A stretch of DNA of 64,000 nt from Anaerolineae bacterium. GTDB taxonomy: Bacteria; Chloroflexota; Anaerolineae; B4-G1; SLSP01. Position 1 is the stretch's first letter. Every line of letters starts with the position of its first letter. Below the pieces are notes generated by a model that saw nothing but the letters and a program-made list of their open reading frames with translations, was not told where the DNA came from and searched no databases. Of this stretch, positions 61,821-64,000 are shown in pieces. The DNA is taken from positions 733 to 64,732 of the forward strand of contig JALXBP010000057.1 in assembly GCA_026991395.1 (NCBI GenBank), in the 5' to 3' direction. A program made the translations under genes and the position numbers.

Positions 61821-62723
61821 TCAGCCTTCGTCGGCCATCGCCACGGCGATCTCGGCGGCGACGGCGGCGTTGTGGACGAGGAGACTTTCGTTGGCCCGCT
61901 TGGTGCGTGCGTTGCTCAACTGCACCAGACGGGCGAGCAGGTAGGGCGTCATCGCCTTGCCGTGGATCTTCTGCGCTTCGGCCTCCTCCAGCGCCCGCGC
62001 GATGAGCGGCTCGACCTCCTCGGCGGGGAGTTCGTCCGCCTCCGGCACGGGGGCGGTGACGAGCAGCCCCTGCGGGAGCTTCAGCGCCCGCTGCTGGCGG
62101 TAGATGGCCGCCACTTCCTCGCCGCTATCGACGCGCAGATCGACGCGCAGCCCCGAGGTGCGGCTGTAGAAGGCGGGGAACTGCTCTGTCTGCCAGCCGA
62201 GGATGGGCACGCCCCAGGTTTCCAGGAACTCTAAGGTGCGCGGCAGGTCGAGGATCGACTTGGCCCCCGCGCAGACGACGACGATCGGCGTCGAGGCCAG
62301 GACGGGCAGGTCGGCGGAGACATCCTCCGGGTGGCCGCGATGGACGCCGCCGATGCCGCCGGTGGCGAAGACGCGGATGCCGACACGATGCGCCAGCAGC
62401 GAGGTGGCGGCGACCGTCGTCCCGCCGTGGATGGGGCGGCGGGCGGTGAGCGGCAGGTCGCGCACGCTGACCTTGACCGCCGTCGCCGAGGCCATCGCCT
62501 CGACCTGGGCCTCGCTCAGCCCGACGGTGGGCCTCCCCTTCCACACGCCGACGACGGCGGGGACGGCTCCCCGCTCGCGGATGGCCGCCGCCATCCTGCG
62601 GGTGATCTCCACGTTGGCGGGGTAGGCGAAGCCGTGGGTGATGAGCGCCGATTCCAGCGCGACGATGGGTTGGCCTGCGTCCAGTGCGGCGCGGACCTCC
62701 GCCGCAACGTCGATGGGGGCCAT
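61821..62723 (-). CDS. psuG: Pseudouridine-5'-phosphate glycosidase
   Basis: IDVAAEVRAALDAGQPIVALESALITHG...IndA/PsuG family-wide similarity. Confidence 0.88.
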   Translation of the reverse strand: MAPIDVAAEVRAALDAGQPIVALESALITHGFAYPANVEITRRMAAAIRERGAVPAVVGVWKGRPTVGLSEAQVEAMASATAVKVSVRDLPLTARRPIHGGTTVAATSLLAHRVGIRVFATGGIGGVHRGHPEDVSADLPVLASTPIVVVCAGAKSILDLPRTLEFLETWGVPILGWQTEQFPAFYSRTSGLRVDLRVDSGEEVAAIYRQQRALKLPQGLLVTAPVPEADELPAEEVEPLIARALEEAEAQKIHGKAMTPYLLARLVQLSNARTKRANESLLVHNAAVAAEIAVAMADEG

Positions 62724-62739
62724 AGGCACCTCCTTCTTC

Positions 62740-63381
62740 TCAGGATAGCGGTATCAGTGTAGCCGGATTGCGTTCGATGACCAGCGGCTCGCAGCGACCG
62801 GCGGAGCGCTCGCGCACGGCCTGGGCAAAGGCTTCGAAGTCGGCGGGGCGGAAGCGGAGGGTGAGCGTAACGTCGGCGGCGAAGTCCCGCTCGATGATCT
62901 GTCCGTGGTGGCGGGCGACGAGGCGCTCGATCGGCTCGTAGAGCGCGTAGGGGCAGGCGAGGAGCGCCGTCCAGGTCTCGGCCTTTTCCGCCAGCGGGGC
63001 ATCGGCGAGGACGGCGCGGACGGCGTCGCCGTAGGCCCGCACCAACCCTCCCGTCCCCAGCTTGGTGCCGCCGAAGTAGCGCGTCACGACGACGACGGCA
63101 TCGCCCAGCCCGCTCCCCTGCAGGACGGCGAGCGCGGGGCGTCCCGCCGTCCCCGAAGGTTCGCCATCATCCCCCGAATGGGTGATGACGCTGGGCGGAT
63201 GGCCGATGACGAAGGCGGGGACGTTGTGCGTAGCATCGTGGAACTCGGCCCGCATCTCGGCGATGAAGGCACGGGCCTCCTCGACGGAGAAGGCGGGGGC
63301 GAGCGTGGCGATGAAGCGCGAGTTGACGACGCGGATTTCGCGCCGCCAGCGGCGGGCGGGGACGAGCTTGCGGCCCTCCAT
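62740..63381 (-). CDS. IMPACT/YigZ (UPF0029) family protein
   Basis: VVVTRYFGGTKLGTGGLVRAYG signature. Start ATG overlaps the upstream TGA (TGATG). The annotated 354-aa ORF is an over-extension. Confidence 0.8.
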   Translation of the reverse strand: MEGRKLVPARRWRREIRVVNSRFIATLAPAFSVEEARAFIAEMRAEFHDATHNVPAFVIGHPPSVITHSGDDGEPSGTAGRPALAVLQGSGLGDAVVVVTRYFGGTKLGTGGLVRAYGDAVRAVLADAPLAEKAETWTALLACPYALYEPIERLVARHHGQIIERDFAADVTLTLRFRPADFEAFAQAVRERSAGRCEPLVIERNPATLIPLS

Positions 63382-63698
63382 CAGACGACGAGGAGCGCCA
63401 TATCCTTGCCGAAGATGCCGATGCGGTCGTCCGGCCCCACCTTCTGATCCATATCCCACTCCCAGATGTTCTCGCAGGCTTCGGGATAGCAGAGGTAGGG
63501 GGCCATCGAGTTGTGGGTCGCCGCCAGCGCTCCGTTGACGAAGATGTGGTAGATCTCCGCCGGGTCGATGCCGAGGCGTTGGATGACCGTCTCCAGCGTT
63601 TCGTCCGGCGCGGCCTCGAAGCGGACGACGCTTGCCTTCTTCATCGTTGTGCTTTCCGCGTAGCGGCGCAGCTTGCCGTAGAGATGCACTTCGACCAT
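63381..63698 (-). CDS. Small beta-grasp (ThiS/MoaD-like) protein without C-terminal Gly-Gly
   Basis: MVEVHLYGKLRRYA...VIQRLGIDPAEIYHIFVNGA...DDRIGIFGKDMALLVV resembles the ThiS/MoaD fold but ends LLVV. Translationally coupled to yigZ. Confidence 0.45.
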   Translation of the reverse strand: MVEVHLYGKLRRYAESTTMKKASVVRFEAAPDETLETVIQRLGIDPAEIYHIFVNGALAATHNSMAPYLCYPEACENIWEWDMDQKVGPDDRIGIFGKDMALLVV

Positions 63699-63845
63699 AG
63701 GACCTCCTCGACCTTGACGGGTCTTTTCGACGATGATCATCTGCATTATCCGCGCTTTTCGCGCCACCGCAAGTGGGGTCGAGGGCGAACGGTTGGCAAA
63801 TCACCCACTTATGGCATACTCCTCCGTATGCAGGAGAGACTGACG

Positions 63846-64000
63846 ATGCCGGAGGTGGCCGAGGCGCTGGTTGTGCCCATCGAGGCGGAGGACGATCGCT
63901 ACACCCTGCGTGCCCGCCTGCGGAAGGCCAGGGCCGAGGGGGCGACGGCCCTCATCCTCTACCTGCCCTGGGAGGTGGAGCGCCGCTGGGCTTCGCCGCT
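63846..64000 (+). CDS. Hypothetical protein, 5' fragment (continues beyond window)
   Basis: ATG at 63846 after a GGAGAG RBS-like sequence; open to the window end. Confidence 0.4.
   Translation, partial: MPEVAEALVVPIEAEDDRYTLRARLRKARAEGATALILYLPWEVERRWASP

Noticed and set aside
62740-63804. 354-aa ORF for the YigZ gene
   Set aside because: Similarity to YigZ/IMPACT begins at MEGRKL (start 63381). The upstream 141 codons overlap the separate beta-grasp gene in another frame.

Overview
This 64 kb window is high-GC (roughly 68-70% by eye), gene-dense bacterial chromosome. Gene content and architecture (SpoVS, fused NuoC/D, DUF11 giant surface proteins, an LPXTG anchor, Thr/Pro-rich linkers) suggest a monoderm Chloroflexota-like organism; that assignment is inference.

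Most of the window is housekeeping, packed into tightly coupled operons:
- DNA repair and replication: mutS 3' end, ruvB, holB.
- Metal homeostasis: a zur-znuACB-fmdB zinc operon with a recognisable Zur-box palindrome.
- Energy: a stand-alone nuoB-nuoCD-nuoI module, and atpAGDC.
- Other core genes: mreB, iorAB, thrS behind a T-box leader, lplA, psuG, tRNA-Leu(UAG) and tmRNA.

Interleaved with these are accessory loci, listed with reasons in the findings:
- A sigma-54-type activator and a hypothetical gene, followed by a 1549-aa DUF11/CARDB surface protein and a 191-aa Thr/Pro-rich LPXTG-anchored protein.
- A 1582-aa secreted multidomain GH13 amylase, and an S8 protease. All three large secreted proteins carry the same short (Y/F)(L/V)P(L/V)V(L/M)R(N/G) motif, twice as the extreme C-terminus and once just after a signal peptide.
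- A two-component system coupled to an MtaD-like amidohydrolase fused to a CYTH (class IV cyclase-like) domain.
- phnD-phnC with no permease, followed by a small internally duplicated Cys protein.
- A GIY-YIG/NudC-like Nudix fusion leading an ABC-ATPase / MBL / Yip1 / MFS cluster.
- A zinc-ribbon/TPR/beta-propeller protein coupled to a GT-C (GT39-like) glycosyltransferase.

No CRISPR array, transposase or integrase was seen. The many 500-1600-aa ORFs running antisense to real genes are high-GC artefacts.
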